A stretch of 54,889 nucleotides of DNA, taken from the IMG/VR virus record IMGVR_UViG_3300014656_006066, positions 1 through 54,889 of that record; one strand, written 5' to 3'. Below are positions 8,028 to 17,114 of this stretch, one piece after another. The stretch is from a virus (Duplodnaviria; Caudoviricetes). A model generated the notes under the pieces. That model saw only the letters and a list, made by a program, of their open reading frames with translations, made no database searches and had not been told where the DNA came from. The position numbers and the translations under genes are program-made. Every line of letters begins with the position of its first letter. The stretch's first letter is position 1.

Positions 8028-9966
8028 CCTTCTCGAGCAGGTACGAAAAACTAGTTACGACGGGCTTCTGCTCCTGTTCGATTCTCTGGCCGCGCGTACG
8101 ACCCAAGAGGCCCCGTCGGCATGGACTGAGGGTCACCGCGTCTTGCCTCGCGGCACGCCCTTCCCGGGCACCTGGGACAATGCTCGTACTCCGTACCTCA
8201 AAGAGCTCATGGACAACATGGGTCCGCGGTCCCCGGTCCAACATCAATCGTTCGTCAAGGGCGCGCAGCAGGGCGCCACCGCGAGCGCCGAGAACGTCAT
8301 CCTGTATTGGATGGCCGCAAACCCCGCTGCGATCATGTATGTATCCGCGACCGACGACCTCCTCGATAAGTGGGTGAATAAGCGGCTTGAGCCCGCGATT
8401 GATTCCTGCGGGCTCCGCGGGCTGTTCAGCTCACCGACCATCAATCGCTCGAATAGGCGAACGGGCGACAAGACGTTCCTGAAACAATTCCCTGGCGGAT
8501 CCCTAACGATGACGAGTGCGCAGTCTCCGGCCGGCCTTCGCGGCGATACCGTCCGCGTCCTCATCCGCGACGAGATTGACGGCTGTCCCCGAATGCTGAC
8601 CACGGGCGAAGGCGATTGGCTCGAGGTCTCGCGCGTGCGTACGAATGGCTTCGGGCACCGCCGGAAGATATTCGACCTCTCAACCCCGACCCTGTTCGGC
8701 GAGTCCGCAATATGGGACCAATTCGAGGCGGGCGACCAGCGTTATTTTTTCGTACCGTGCCCGATATGCGGAAAGTACCAGGTCTTGAAATGGGACAACA
8801 TCCGCCCCGATTCAAAGGCCGGCCAGCTCCTCGACGCATACTACCTCTGCGAGTATTGCCACGAGGCTATATTCCACGACCAGAAAGCCGCAATGTTAGC
8901 CGCCGGGCGATGGGAGCCCGCGAAGCCGTGGAGCGACGAGGATCGCTCGTACCAGCTCTCGACCATGTACTCGCCTCACGGCATGGTCGACTGGAAGGAT
9001 ATGTATTCCGAGTCCGTCCGTCACCAGGAAAAGAACGACATGCGTTCGTTCGTGAACCTGTACCTCGGCTTGCCGTTCAAGGATGAAGGTTCGCGGCCAG
9101 ACCTGAAAACCGTTATCGAGCTACGAGGGTCGTATAAGCAGGGCGCCGTTCCAGAAGGCGTTTTATATCTCACTGTTGGCGTTGACGTGCAGCGCGGATC
9201 GGAAAAGGACGAGAAAAACCCAGCCCGATTAGAACTTGAAGTCCTCGGGCATGGAATTGGGTATCGCACCTGGTCGATTGACTACCAGCGAATCGAAGGG
9301 TCGATTAATGACCCGTATTCGGGAGCCTGGGAGAAGCTTCACCAATGGGCAACGGATGGCGGACTTACATATAAGCGTCGCGACGGGACTGAATTCTCAG
9401 CTAAGTGCATATTTATCGATTCTGGCGATGGCGAAAGCATGGAGGTCGTCTATCGATTCTGTAGTCGATGGCGGAATACCTACCCGAGCAAGGGATTCCC
9501 GTTTGTTAAGGTCGACCCGAAGAAACGAGAGAAGGGGGATATCCCCGGCGGCGAGTACAAGAAATACCGTTATGCGAACGTAGGCGGAGACCAATTTATT
9601 TATGAGATCAACACCCGTTTCTATAAGCGATTGATTTATAACAACTTAAAAGTACGCCGTGTCGAGACCCAGCTACAGCCTCCCGGATTTTGTGAATTCC
9701 CATACGATTATGACGAGCAACATTTTGAGGGATTGCGTTCAGAAGAGCAACGAAGCGATGGCAGTTTCTATTGTCCAAGTGGCCGAAGGAATGAACAGCT
9801 TGATACCAGGGTCTACGCGCTATGTGCCGGTGATGTATGGCTTAATGCCGAGACTGAACGGGTACGGAAGTATTATCGCGACCAAGGGCTAGCCGTCGAG
9901 CAAGTCCAGCAGATCACCGGCCGCGTCGTCCTCGATATGCTCGCCGCAAGGCTCGCGGCGAAATAA
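8017..9966 (+). CDS. terL: terminase large subunit, lambda gpA family
   Basis: RTPY, KGAQQGAT Walker A, RDEID Walker B, STPT, CPICG..CEYC, GVDVQ nuclease, RNEQLD. Confidence 0.95.
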   Translation: MPASLLEQVRKTSYDGLLLLFDSLAARTTQEAPSAWTEGHRVLPRGTPFPGTWDNARTPYLKELMDNMGPRSPVQHQSFVKGAQQGATASAENVILYWMAANPAAIMYVSATDDLLDKWVNKRLEPAIDSCGLRGLFSSPTINRSNRRTGDKTFLKQFPGGSLTMTSAQSPAGLRGDTVRVLIRDEIDGCPRMLTTGEGDWLEVSRVRTNGFGHRRKIFDLSTPTLFGESAIWDQFEAGDQRYFFVPCPICGKYQVLKWDNIRPDSKAGQLLDAYYLCEYCHEAIFHDQKAAMLAAGRWEPAKPWSDEDRSYQLSTMYSPHGMVDWKDMYSESVRHQEKNDMRSFVNLYLGLPFKDEGSRPDLKTVIELRGSYKQGAVPEGVLYLTVGVDVQRGSEKDEKNPARLELEVLGHGIGYRTWSIDYQRIEGSINDPYSGAWEKLHQWATDGGLTYKRRDGTEFSAKCIFIDSGDGESMEVVYRFCSRWRNTYPSKGFPFVKVDPKKREKGDIPGGEYKKYRYANVGGDQFIYEINTRFYKRLIYNNLKVRRVETQLQPPGFCEFPYDYDEQHFEGLRSEEQRSDGSFYCPSGRRNEQLDTRVYALCAGDVWLNAETERVRKYYRDQGLAVEQVQQITGRVVLDMLAARLAAK

Positions 9967-10025
9967 AAGAGCCGGCCCGGGTAAGGAGGAGGAACCCCGG
10001 GCCGGCAACTCGAAGGAAACCGTCA
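9961..10025 (-). ncRNA. candidate ~65-nt small RNA with anti-Shine-Dalgarno loop, ending in an intrinsic terminator
   Basis: 11-bp stem 9971-9981/9996-10006, loop GUUCCUCCUCCUUA, U-tract UCUUUUAUUU on - strand; inverted promoter motif upstream. Confidence 0.5.
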
Positions 10026-10031
10026 ATCCAT

Positions 10032-10060
10032 ACGATATAGGGAGTGCATATAAACGTCTA
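10032..10060 (-). promoter_or_regulatory. late-promoter motif TAGACGTTTATA, inverted copy
   Basis: Plus-strand TATAAACGTCTA 10049-10060; TATCGT -10-like at 10037-10032. Confidence 0.6.
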
Positions 10061-10105
10061 GGATATTTTTCTTGAGTTATCGACCGGGCGTTTTTGATTT
10101 TACGC

Positions 10106-10141
10106 TAGACGTTTATACGGCTCCCGGTGCATTCGTTGATT
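10106..10141 (+). promoter_or_regulatory. late-promoter motif TAGACGTTTATA...GCATTCGTTGATT
   Basis: GACGTTTATA 10108-10117 starts 34 nt before ATG 10142. Confidence 0.75.
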
Positions 10142-10417
10142 ATGACCGCCGATCAATATGCCCGGTACCAGACGCGCCGCGACGACTACATAGCCAAGCG
10201 AACGAAGGTATCCAAGTCCCTCGATTCCGCCCTCGAGGTAGCCGACGTTCAGACGTACTCGGTAAACGATCCCGAGGGTGGGCAGTCCGTAACGCGGCGA
10301 AAGATCGATGAATTAACTAAACAACTAGAGTATTACGATCGCCAGATTGATAACCTCGACAGACTTCTCGGCACCGGCGGCGGCCTCGTATCGGTGAATA
10401 TGCGGAGGCGCCTGTGA
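10142..10417 (+). CDS. head-tail joining protein (gpW-like)
   Basis: Small helical protein between terL and portal; QTYSV...SVTRRKIDEL. Confidence 0.65.
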   Translation: MTADQYARYQTRRDDYIAKRTKVSKSLDSALEVADVQTYSVNDPEGGQSVTRRKIDELTKQLEYYDRQIDNLDRLLGTGGGLVSVNMRRRL

Positions 10418-12084
10418 CCATCCTCGACAAAGTATTCCCGAAGACGGCTGCGCGAATGCGGAACGAATCCGCCAGGATTGCGGCAACCGCGATTGCGAAC
10501 AGCCTCAAGGCTTCGGAGTTCGGGCGTAGCGGCTCGCTCTACTACGGCCAGAAATGGGAAGGCGGACTCGCTTCTTCCGCACCGTCGCTCATGATTGACC
10601 ATTCGCGGATGCGCAGGCAGGCCCGGACGATCGAGCAGACGAGCCAACAGGCTAGGGCAATAATAAATCGTGACGTCGATACCGTTGTCGATTCCGGCAT
10701 GGTACTCGCACCTGAACCGAAATATGAAACGCTTGGTATCACCGCCGAGGAAGCCGAGCGCTGGGCCGCTCGCACCGCCGAGGGGTTCGACCTATGGGCG
10801 CAATCCAAGACATCCTCGAGATCAAATTCCTATAATTTCTACCAGGGCCAGCGCCTCATGCGTCGTTACCGCGGGCGCGACAATGAGTGTTTCGTCCGTC
10901 AGTATTACTCCCAAGGCCCCGGTCTTATATCCCCGCTTCAATTCGAGATCCTTGACCCCGACCAGATCCGAGGCGAAGGCTACACCCTGACCTCAGGGAA
11001 TTTCGCACAGGACGATGGCATCGAGCGAGACAGCCAGGGCCGGGAATCCGGCTACAAGATATGGCATCAAGTACCGGGGACGCTACGCTTTGAAGCCATT
11101 ACGATCCCGCGCGTAGGCCCGAAGTCCGGCCGCGTGTTCATGACCCATGGATTTGACCCCGACTTCGCCGGGCAGACCCGCGGGTTCTCCTCGCTCGGTA
11201 TATCCGTCCAGGAACTCGAGAACCTTCTCGATTTTACGAGCGCGCAGATCAAGAAGGCGATCAACCAATCGAATATATTCATCGTCGGCGAATCGAATAA
11301 TGACAACCCCGTTGTCAACCCATTCGATTCCATGGGGAAGGCCGGGCCTGTTCCGAGCGAAGTATTCGGATCCACCCCGACAGTCTACCCCGATGGCGAA
11401 AATCCTGAATCTCTGGCGACATACCTGAATATCCCCGAAGCCGCGGTCTCGTCGCCCGGTAGCGTTGGCATTTTCAACATGCCGGGTAGGCAGTCCGCGA
11501 AACCATTCGCGAACACTGCCCCTTCCGATTCCTACGACAAGTTCGTCGATGCTTATTTCGCGTATATCGCCGCAGCGCAGGGCACGTCGATCGAAGTCGT
11601 TCTCATGCGGTTCTCGAATAACTATTCCGCTAGCAGGGCGACCCTCATCCTCGCGTGGCGCATCGCCGTTCAGCGCCGGTATCAGCTCGCGTGCGATCAC
11701 CTGGACCCGCTCTATGAAGCGTGGATATCCGAAGAGATCGCCGCAGGTAGAATCAGCGCCCCGGGCTGGTCAGACCCCCGCCTGCGCGCCGCGTGGCTCG
11801 CGCACCGCTGGGTAGGTTCGTCCATGCCGAACATCGACCCGGTGCAGACGGTTAAGGCGACGGAACTCGCCGCCAAGCTAGGCCTCACGACTCTAGATGA
11901 CTCCTCGATGGAATACAACGGCTCGAGCGGTAAGTCGAACCGCGCCAAGCTCGCCCGCGAGTATGCCGAACTGCCGAAGGTTCCATGGGAGATCGCGAAG
12001 CCTGGAGCCGAAGAGAACGAGCCTCCGGCTGGCGAGGGACAATCGGACCGCGACGAGAAGAAAAAAGCAGGAGGCAATAAGTAG
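10414..12084 (+). CDS. portal protein, lambda family
   Basis: DGIERD..GR..GY, GQTRG, NYSASRA, IDPVQ motifs. Confidence 0.92.
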   Translation: MTILDKVFPKTAARMRNESARIAATAIANSLKASEFGRSGSLYYGQKWEGGLASSAPSLMIDHSRMRRQARTIEQTSQQARAIINRDVDTVVDSGMVLAPEPKYETLGITAEEAERWAARTAEGFDLWAQSKTSSRSNSYNFYQGQRLMRRYRGRDNECFVRQYYSQGPGLISPLQFEILDPDQIRGEGYTLTSGNFAQDDGIERDSQGRESGYKIWHQVPGTLRFEAITIPRVGPKSGRVFMTHGFDPDFAGQTRGFSSLGISVQELENLLDFTSAQIKKAINQSNIFIVGESNNDNPVVNPFDSMGKAGPVPSEVFGSTPTVYPDGENPESLATYLNIPEAAVSSPGSVGIFNMPGRQSAKPFANTAPSDSYDKFVDAYFAYIAAAQGTSIEVVLMRFSNNYSASRATLILAWRIAVQRRYQLACDHLDPLYEAWISEEIAAGRISAPGWSDPRLRAAWLAHRWVGSSMPNIDPVQTVKATELAAKLGLTTLDDSSMEYNGSSGKSNRAKLAREYAELPKVPWEIAKPGAEENEPPAGEGQSDRDEKKKAGGNK

Positions 12085-12381
12085 ATGGCGAAGTTCATTG
12101 AAGCCATGATCGTAGCGGCGGCTGGATCGTTAATCGCTGGGGTAATTATTGCTATTAAAACATTGCTAACAATGAGCCGGGATATCAAGGGCTTCTCCCC
12201 TTCTCTTCAGGCCCTCGCAGCGATCCAGCCTCTCATGATTCGCGCAACCCGACATCAGAACGGGGCGCTCAGGGAAATAGGTGCTAACGGGGCGACCCAT
12301 AAAGCTGACGAATGCCTCGATGAGGCTGAGTCGGTCTTGAACGAGCTTCTTGTCAAGAAAATCGGAGGCGAGACGAAATGA
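12085..12381 (+). CDS. single-TM protein, putative holin/antiholin
   Basis: N-terminal TM; directly upstream of the putative endolysin. Confidence 0.5.
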   Translation: MAKFIEAMIVAAAGSLIAGVIIAIKTLLTMSRDIKGFSPSLQALAAIQPLMIRATRHQNGALREIGANGATHKADECLDEAESVLNELLVKKIGGETK

Positions 12382-13007
12382 AAGTCTACAACCTCTCTCC
12401 GACGAAAGAAAACTATTACCGCCAGAACAATAACGAGCTAGACCCCGATATCGTATGTAAGCCGACAGCAACCATCGAAGCCCTCGCCCTTGCAGGCTGG
12501 CCGTTTCCATCAGGCAAGTATCCTCAGCCCGAGGACAACCTCACCGAATTATGCCTTACGGGCGAGGCCTATACGGTTATGCTTGGCATTGACGCCAGCC
12601 TCGCAGGAATACGCCCGAACGAAGTATGGGGCGTCATTGCCTGGGCGATTAACGAGCGATGGTATCCAACGTATCGCCCACTGATCGGCCCGCCCTGGAA
12701 TTGGGGACTTCGCGAGGTTCTTTATGGCATATCCCGCGGCGTCCCGTTCGCGACCTCGACGCGGCTCACGAAAGGCGGTCACGTTGTCAACCTCGTCGGG
12801 TACGTGACGAAACAGGACAAGGCCCCGCGCGTATGGGCCGACATCGACTTCGATGCGATTACGGAATTCATCATCGATGACCCGTACGGCGATCGCACAA
12901 GCGGCCGCTACGACACCACGAAATCAGGATGGAACAACCACTATCCGAAAGACGAATGGCTACGCTTATGGCGTGGCGTGGGCGTCCAGGTGCGCCCGAA
13001 GGAGTAG
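12378..13007 (+). CDS. peptidase C39-like putative endolysin
   Basis: YYRQ..C, GGHVV, IDDPYG papain-fold Cys-His-Asp pattern. Confidence 0.7.
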   Translation: MKVYNLSPTKENYYRQNNNELDPDIVCKPTATIEALALAGWPFPSGKYPQPEDNLTELCLTGEAYTVMLGIDASLAGIRPNEVWGVIAWAINERWYPTYRPLIGPPWNWGLREVLYGISRGVPFATSTRLTKGGHVVNLVGYVTKQDKAPRVWADIDFDAITEFIIDDPYGDRTSGRYDTTKSGWNNHYPKDEWLRLWRGVGVQVRPKE

Positions 13008-13009
13008 CC

Positions 13010-13258
13010 ATGTTCTCGATGTTCCGCGAAGCCCCGCTCCCCGACGGAAAGCCCGGTCCGGTATCGATGCGCCGCATTCTCGCGCTGTTCTTCTCCCTCG
13101 CGGCCGTCGCCCTGTTCTTTTCGGCGATCCCCGGCGCGTCGGCCGGATGGTACGGCTTCATCCCCGGCGGGCTCTGCCTTGTAGCCGCGCTCGCGCTCTT
13201 GTTCCTCACGACGGCCGGCGACATAGCGACGGTCATATCCGCGGCTCGGAAGTCGTGA
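13010..13258 (+). CDS. two-TM membrane protein, putative holin
   Basis: SMRRILALFF..., two hydrophobic segments; AAGGAG RBS. Confidence 0.6.
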   Translation: MFSMFREAPLPDGKPGPVSMRRILALFFSLAAVALFFSAIPGASAGWYGFIPGGLCLVAALALLFLTTAGDIATVISAARKS

Positions 13259-13632
13259 AACGGTATGTCGCGACGGCTCTTATCGCTCTTGCTTGCGGCA
13301 TCCTTCTTGGCCTCACCATTGGTAGCGGAGCCGGTTCGGACGCCGAATTGGAGAACCGAGCTCGCCGTGCTGAAATCATTCTCGAAAAAGCTGTCGACGG
13401 AAGTCGCCGCGCAGGCCTCGCTCTTGCAGTCGTCGAGCGACGAAATCGAGAGCTTGAAGCAGAAGCTCGCGGACTCCGAGAAGAGAATCGAGAGCATCGA
13501 GAAGCTCTTGAGCGAATCGACGGAATCAACGCTGACCTTACGGCAGGAAATGGACGACTTGCGGACATCGCTCGAGGAATTGCAGGAAGCATTCAACGAT
13601 TGGAAACTGGCCTCGGAATCGAAAATCCGTAG
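13255..13632 (+). CDS. N-anchored coiled-coil protein (i-spanin-like)
   Basis: GTGA-coupled start, MKRYVATALIALACGILLGL TM then heptad-rich helix. Confidence 0.5.
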   Translation: MKRYVATALIALACGILLGLTIGSGAGSDAELENRARRAEIILEKAVDGSRRAGLALAVVERRNRELEAEARGLREENREHREALERIDGINADLTAGNGRLADIARGIAGSIQRLETGLGIENP

Positions 13633-13810
13633 GCTTGAAATCGAGCGATCAATATATCGTGCCTCCGCCCTTATCGCAGCGGGCGCCGCCGCCGGCGCAT
13701 TGATTGCGGATTGGCCCGGGGCAGGAATTGGCACAGGTGTAGGAATAGTAATTACCGCGATTATCGAAATCAAGGCTAGACGTTTATACGCGTTAAGGGG
13801 CATTCGTTAA
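13265..13810 (+). CDS. signal peptide + coiled-coil + C-terminal TM protein (spanin-like), overlapping +1 frame
   Basis: MSRRLLSLLLAASFLASPLVA signal, long coiled coil, Gly-zipper TM hairpin. Confidence 0.55.
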   Translation: MSRRLLSLLLAASFLASPLVAEPVRTPNWRTELAVLKSFSKKLSTEVAAQASLLQSSSDEIESLKQKLADSEKRIESIEKLLSESTESTLTLRQEMDDLRTSLEELQEAFNDWKLASESKIRRLEIERSIYRASALIAAGAAAGALIADWPGAGIGTGVGIVITAIIEIKARRLYALRGIR

Positions 13811-13812
13811 TT
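13777..13812 (+). promoter_or_regulatory. late-promoter motif TAGACGTTTATA...GCATTCGTTAATT
   Basis: GACGTTTATA 13779-13788 starts 34 nt before ATG 13813. Confidence 0.75.
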
Positions 13813-15144
13813 ATGCGGGAAATCTTGTATGCGGCCGAACCAGAATACATTCGCTCGTATCTCGAGGCGCGTCTCAATACGCGTCCCGAAGATATGGCTG
13901 CCGCGCGCGAGCTGTTCCCGAATATCGCCGGCCCCGGTTCGCCCGAGGCAATAGACAAGATTTATTCACGCGATGGCGACGCAGCCGTAATCCGCGTCGA
14001 GGGTCCGCTTTCCATCGAAGGCCCCGACGCCTGGGATATGGCGTATGGCTACGGCGGCGTATCGTATCAGACGATCATCGGCGCTTTCATCCGCGCGGCC
14101 GATGATCAAGGCGTCGCCCGCGTCCGCGTCGAAGCGAATACCCCTGGCGGGACCGTAGATGGCGCCGACGCAACGTATCTCGCCGCTCGCGACCTCGAGT
14201 CCAAGAAGGCAATCGATACCGTCGTTTCAGGAATGCTCGCGAGCGCCGGATACTATGCGCTCTGCCCATCGTCCGAGATATACGCGTCGAACCCGACCAA
14301 CACCGTGGGCAGTATCGGCGTCATCGTCGCCGCCTGGGATTTCTCCGGCGCATACGAAGGCATGGGCATCAAGCGCGTTGAAATCCGATCCAAGAACGCC
14401 CCGAAGAAAGCTGCGAACCCCGGTACGAAAACTGGCCGCGACGTTCTTCAGGAGCGCGTCGACGCCATAGAGCGCGTATTCTATTCCCGCATCAGCGAAG
14501 CCCGCGGCGTCACGCCGGACGAGATCGCCGAACGCTTCGGGCAAGGCGCGCTCCTCATCGCGCAGGATCCGAGCCCCGACGTTCCCGACGCCCTCCGCGC
14601 GGGCATGATCGACGGCATCCTGGAAGGCGCAGGCCTCGGCCGCACCGGGCGCCGCGCACACGCTTCCGAATCGAACAACGCCGAGCCGTTGGCCCAGGCG
14701 AATAACCCCGCGTCAGCGGGAAGTCAACAGGAGGTTCCATCGATGAACCTGAACGAATTCCTGGCGCAGGGCCCCGCCGCGGTCGCTGAGATAGATCGCC
14801 TCAAGTCCGACGCCCGAGCCGAAGGCAAGAGCACCGCCGAGGCTGCGGCTCTGGTGAAGCAGACACGTATCGCCGCCGTAATGGGAAGCGAAGCCTACGC
14901 GAAGGACGCGATTATCGCCACGAAGGCGGCGGCGTGTCTCAAGGGCGATATCAGCCTTGACGCGTTCGAGACCGTAGTCGCCACGGCCGACATGATCGGG
15001 GAGCGCCTGAAATCCCGCGCCGCCGCCGGCGAGACCGGCGACCAGGGCGAGACCCACGGTCAGGCGCCCGCGGGCGAAGCGGCCGAGATCGCCAGCGCCG
15101 CGGCGCTCATCGCGTCCGGCGGCAAGCTCCAGGAGGTGAAGTAA
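13813..15144 (+). CDS. head maturation protease, S49 family (gpC-like)
   Basis: NTPGG, ASAGY, VGSIGV motifs. Confidence 0.9.
   Translation: MREILYAAEPEYIRSYLEARLNTRPEDMAAARELFPNIAGPGSPEAIDKIYSRDGDAAVIRVEGPLSIEGPDAWDMAYGYGGVSYQTIIGAFIRAADDQGVARVRVEANTPGGTVDGADATYLAARDLESKKAIDTVVSGMLASAGYYALCPSSEIYASNPTNTVGSIGVIVAAWDFSGAYEGMGIKRVEIRSKNAPKKAANPGTKTGRDVLQERVDAIERVFYSRISEARGVTPDEIAERFGQGALLIAQDPSPDVPDALRAGMIDGILEGAGLGRTGRRAHASESNNAEPLAQANNPASAGSQQEVPSMNLNEFLAQGPAAVAEIDRLKSDARAEGKSTAEAAALVKQTRIAAVMGSEAYAKDAIIATKAAACLKGDISLDAFETVVATADMIGERLKSRAAAGETGDQGETHGQAPAGEAAEIASAAALIASGGKLQEVK
14743..15144 (+). CDS. nested in-frame scaffold protein (Nu3-like)
   Basis: Internal AGGAGG 14729-14734 plus in-frame ATG (MNLNEFLAQ), as in lambda C/Nu3. 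Confidence 0.7.
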   Translation: MNLNEFLAQGPAAVAEIDRLKSDARAEGKSTAEAAALVKQTRIAAVMGSEAYAKDAIIATKAAACLKGDISLDAFETVVATADMIGERLKSRAAAGETGDQGETHGQAPAGEAAEIASAAALIASGGKLQEVK

Positions 15145-15504
15145 ATGCCCGAAACCTATGTCCCCGATAATCTCGGCCCCGTCGGTAGCTTTCCGGTCAT
15201 CACGGATAGCGTGACCATCCTAACCGGGCAGGGCATCCTCACGCGAGGCACGGTCCTCGGTAAGATCACCGCCTCCGGGAAGTATATCAAGTCACTGTCC
15301 GGCGCCTCCGACGGTTCGCAGACTCCCGCCTGTATCCTCGCCGAGACGGTTGACGCGACGAGCGCCGATGCTCCCGCTGTCGTCTACCTATCCGGCGAGT
15401 TCAGCGGCGCCGCGCTCATCCTCGGCACCGCGCATACCATCGCAACCGTCAAGGCAGCGTTCCGCGCCCTCAGCATCTTCATTAAGACCACGCTCGCCGC
15501 GTAG
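15145..15504 (+). CDS. head decoration protein (gpD-like)
   Basis: GTVLGKITASGKY...DGSQTPACILA. Confidence 0.88.
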   Translation: MPETYVPDNLGPVGSFPVITDSVTILTGQGILTRGTVLGKITASGKYIKSLSGASDGSQTPACILAETVDATSADAPAVVYLSGEFSGAALILGTAHTIATVKAAFRALSIFIKTTLAA

Positions 15505-15517
15505 TCGTTCCCCCGCC

Positions 15518-15560
15518 CAACGTCGTGAGACAGTCGGGCAATTTTTCAACGTCGTGAGAC
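15518..15560 (+). repeat. tandem CAACGTCGTGAGAC GNRA-tetraloop hairpins before the capsid RBS
   Basis: 14-nt direct repeat at 15518-15531 and 15547-15560. Confidence 0.8.
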
Positions 15561-15575
15561 GTAGAGGAGTAGCTA

Positions 15576-16619
15576 ATGGCTATCGACATGTATGATACAC
15601 GGGTCATGCTCCCCGCGCTCGAGCAGATACCGCGTCCCCGGACCTTCCTCCTGGACACCTTCTTCAAGAACGTCCGCAAGTCGGATTCCGAATACATCGA
15701 CATCGACATGGTGAAGAGGAAGCGCCGCGTCGCCGTCTACGTGAAGCCCATCGAGCAGGGTCACGTCGTCGACAAAGGGGGTTTCGAGACGAAGACCTAT
15801 AAGGCGCCGTATATCAAGGAAAAGATGAAGACCACGGCCGGCGACATCATGCGTCGCGCCGCCGGGGAGAACGTCTACTCCGCCTCGACACCGCAGCAGC
15901 GCTTCGCCGCTCGTCTCCGCGAGGAGCTGACCGAACTCGACGACATGATCACCCGCGCCGAGGAAATCCAGGCGTGTCAGGCCATGTTTACCGGGAAGGT
16001 GGTCGCCAAGAACGAGAAGGGCGAAGCTATACAGCAGGTCGACTTTCTTCTACCGGCGAGCCACAACGTCGTGCTCTCCGGTACGGACCTCTGGTCTGAC
16101 GCCGCGTTCAAGAAGAACGCGCTTCTCAAGCAGCTTCGCGACAACCGCCGCCTCCTCGTGAAGGATTCCGGCAGGGCGCCGACCGACCTCATTCTTGGAA
16201 GCGATGCGATGGACAAGTTCATCGACATTCTCGACCCCGATTCTACCACGGCCGGTCTGTCGTCCATGCGCGTCGAGCGTGGACAGCTCGACATATCAAA
16301 CCTCCCCTCCGGCGTCACGTATCTCGGGTACTTCAAGGAGCTCGGCGTCGACGTGTGGAGCTATGACGAGTGGTACCACAACGGATCGGCCGACGTTGCG
16401 ATGCTCGACCCCAAGAAGGTATGGCTGGGCTCCCGGAACGCCCGCTTTGACCGCAACTACGCCGCGATCCAGGACCTCGACGCCCTGTTCGCCGTTGAAC
16501 GCTTCCCGAAGTCTTGGACGCAGGATGACCCCAGCGCGCGCTTCCTCATGCTTCAGTCCGCCCCGCTCATGGCTCCGCACGAAGTCGATAGCTTCTACGT
16601 CGCCCAGGTGCTCGCGTAA
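15576..16619 (+). CDS. major capsid protein (lambda gpE family)
   Basis: FLLDTFF, KAPYIKEK, C-terminal DPSARFLMLQSAPL. Confidence 0.93.
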   Translation: MAIDMYDTRVMLPALEQIPRPRTFLLDTFFKNVRKSDSEYIDIDMVKRKRRVAVYVKPIEQGHVVDKGGFETKTYKAPYIKEKMKTTAGDIMRRAAGENVYSASTPQQRFAARLREELTELDDMITRAEEIQACQAMFTGKVVAKNEKGEAIQQVDFLLPASHNVVLSGTDLWSDAAFKKNALLKQLRDNRRLLVKDSGRAPTDLILGSDAMDKFIDILDPDSTTAGLSSMRVERGQLDISNLPSGVTYLGYFKELGVDVWSYDEWYHNGSADVAMLDPKKVWLGSRNARFDRNYAAIQDLDALFAVERFPKSWTQDDPSARFLMLQSAPLMAPHEVDSFYVAQVLA

Positions 16620-16629
16620 GGCGGCCGGC

Positions 16630-16950
16630 ATGCGCATAGAAGTAATCGAAGGCGCAATCCAGCACGACGGCGGTCTGCACGTTGCGGGGACCGAATCCGC
16701 CGTGTTCGAGATCAAGGACGACAAGGAGGCCAAGCGTCTCATCGACCTCGGGAAGGCCAAGGCCGTCAAGGGCCGCCCGCCCTCCGAGACCGCCGCCGAG
16801 AAGAAGGCCCGCGAGGAAGCCGAGGCGGCTGCCGAAGCTCGCGCGGTTCTCGAGGCCAAGGCGGTTGAGAAGGGCGCGGGTACCGCCGAGGAAGTCGCGA
16901 AGCTCTCCGACGACGAACTCGCCGAGCTCCTGAAGGAGGCCGCCGAATGA
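16630..16950 (+). CDS. small head-associated protein (gpFI-like position)
   Basis: EAKRLIDLGKA motif, Ala/Glu-rich; follows the capsid gene. Confidence 0.55.
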   Translation: MRIEVIEGAIQHDGGLHVAGTESAVFEIKDDKEAKRLIDLGKAKAVKGRPPSETAAEKKAREEAEAAAEARAVLEAKAVEKGAGTAEEVAKLSDDELAELLKEAAE

Positions 16951-17114
16951 TCGTCCCCGCCGGCCAGACCATAAACATCGGCGCCCGCGAATACCAGTCG
17001 GGCGCCGAAATCCCCGACGACATCGCCCGCGCGGCCGGACTCAACATCGAGCCGGCCGCGGCGAAGAAGTCGGTCCGGCAGGCCCCCGACGCGACGGAGG
17101 CGAACGAATCGTGA
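16947..17114 (+). CDS. 55-aa hypothetical virion-cluster protein
   Basis: AAGGAGG RBS, ATGA and GTGA overlaps at both ends. Confidence 0.6.
   Translation: MIVPAGQTINIGAREYQSGAEIPDDIARAAGLNIEPAAAKKSVRQAPDATEANES

Noticed and set aside
15519-15534. 23S rRNA fragment or LAGLIDADG homing site
   Set aside because: Only ~16 nt, no further rRNA similarity and no such endonuclease; treated as a hairpin motif
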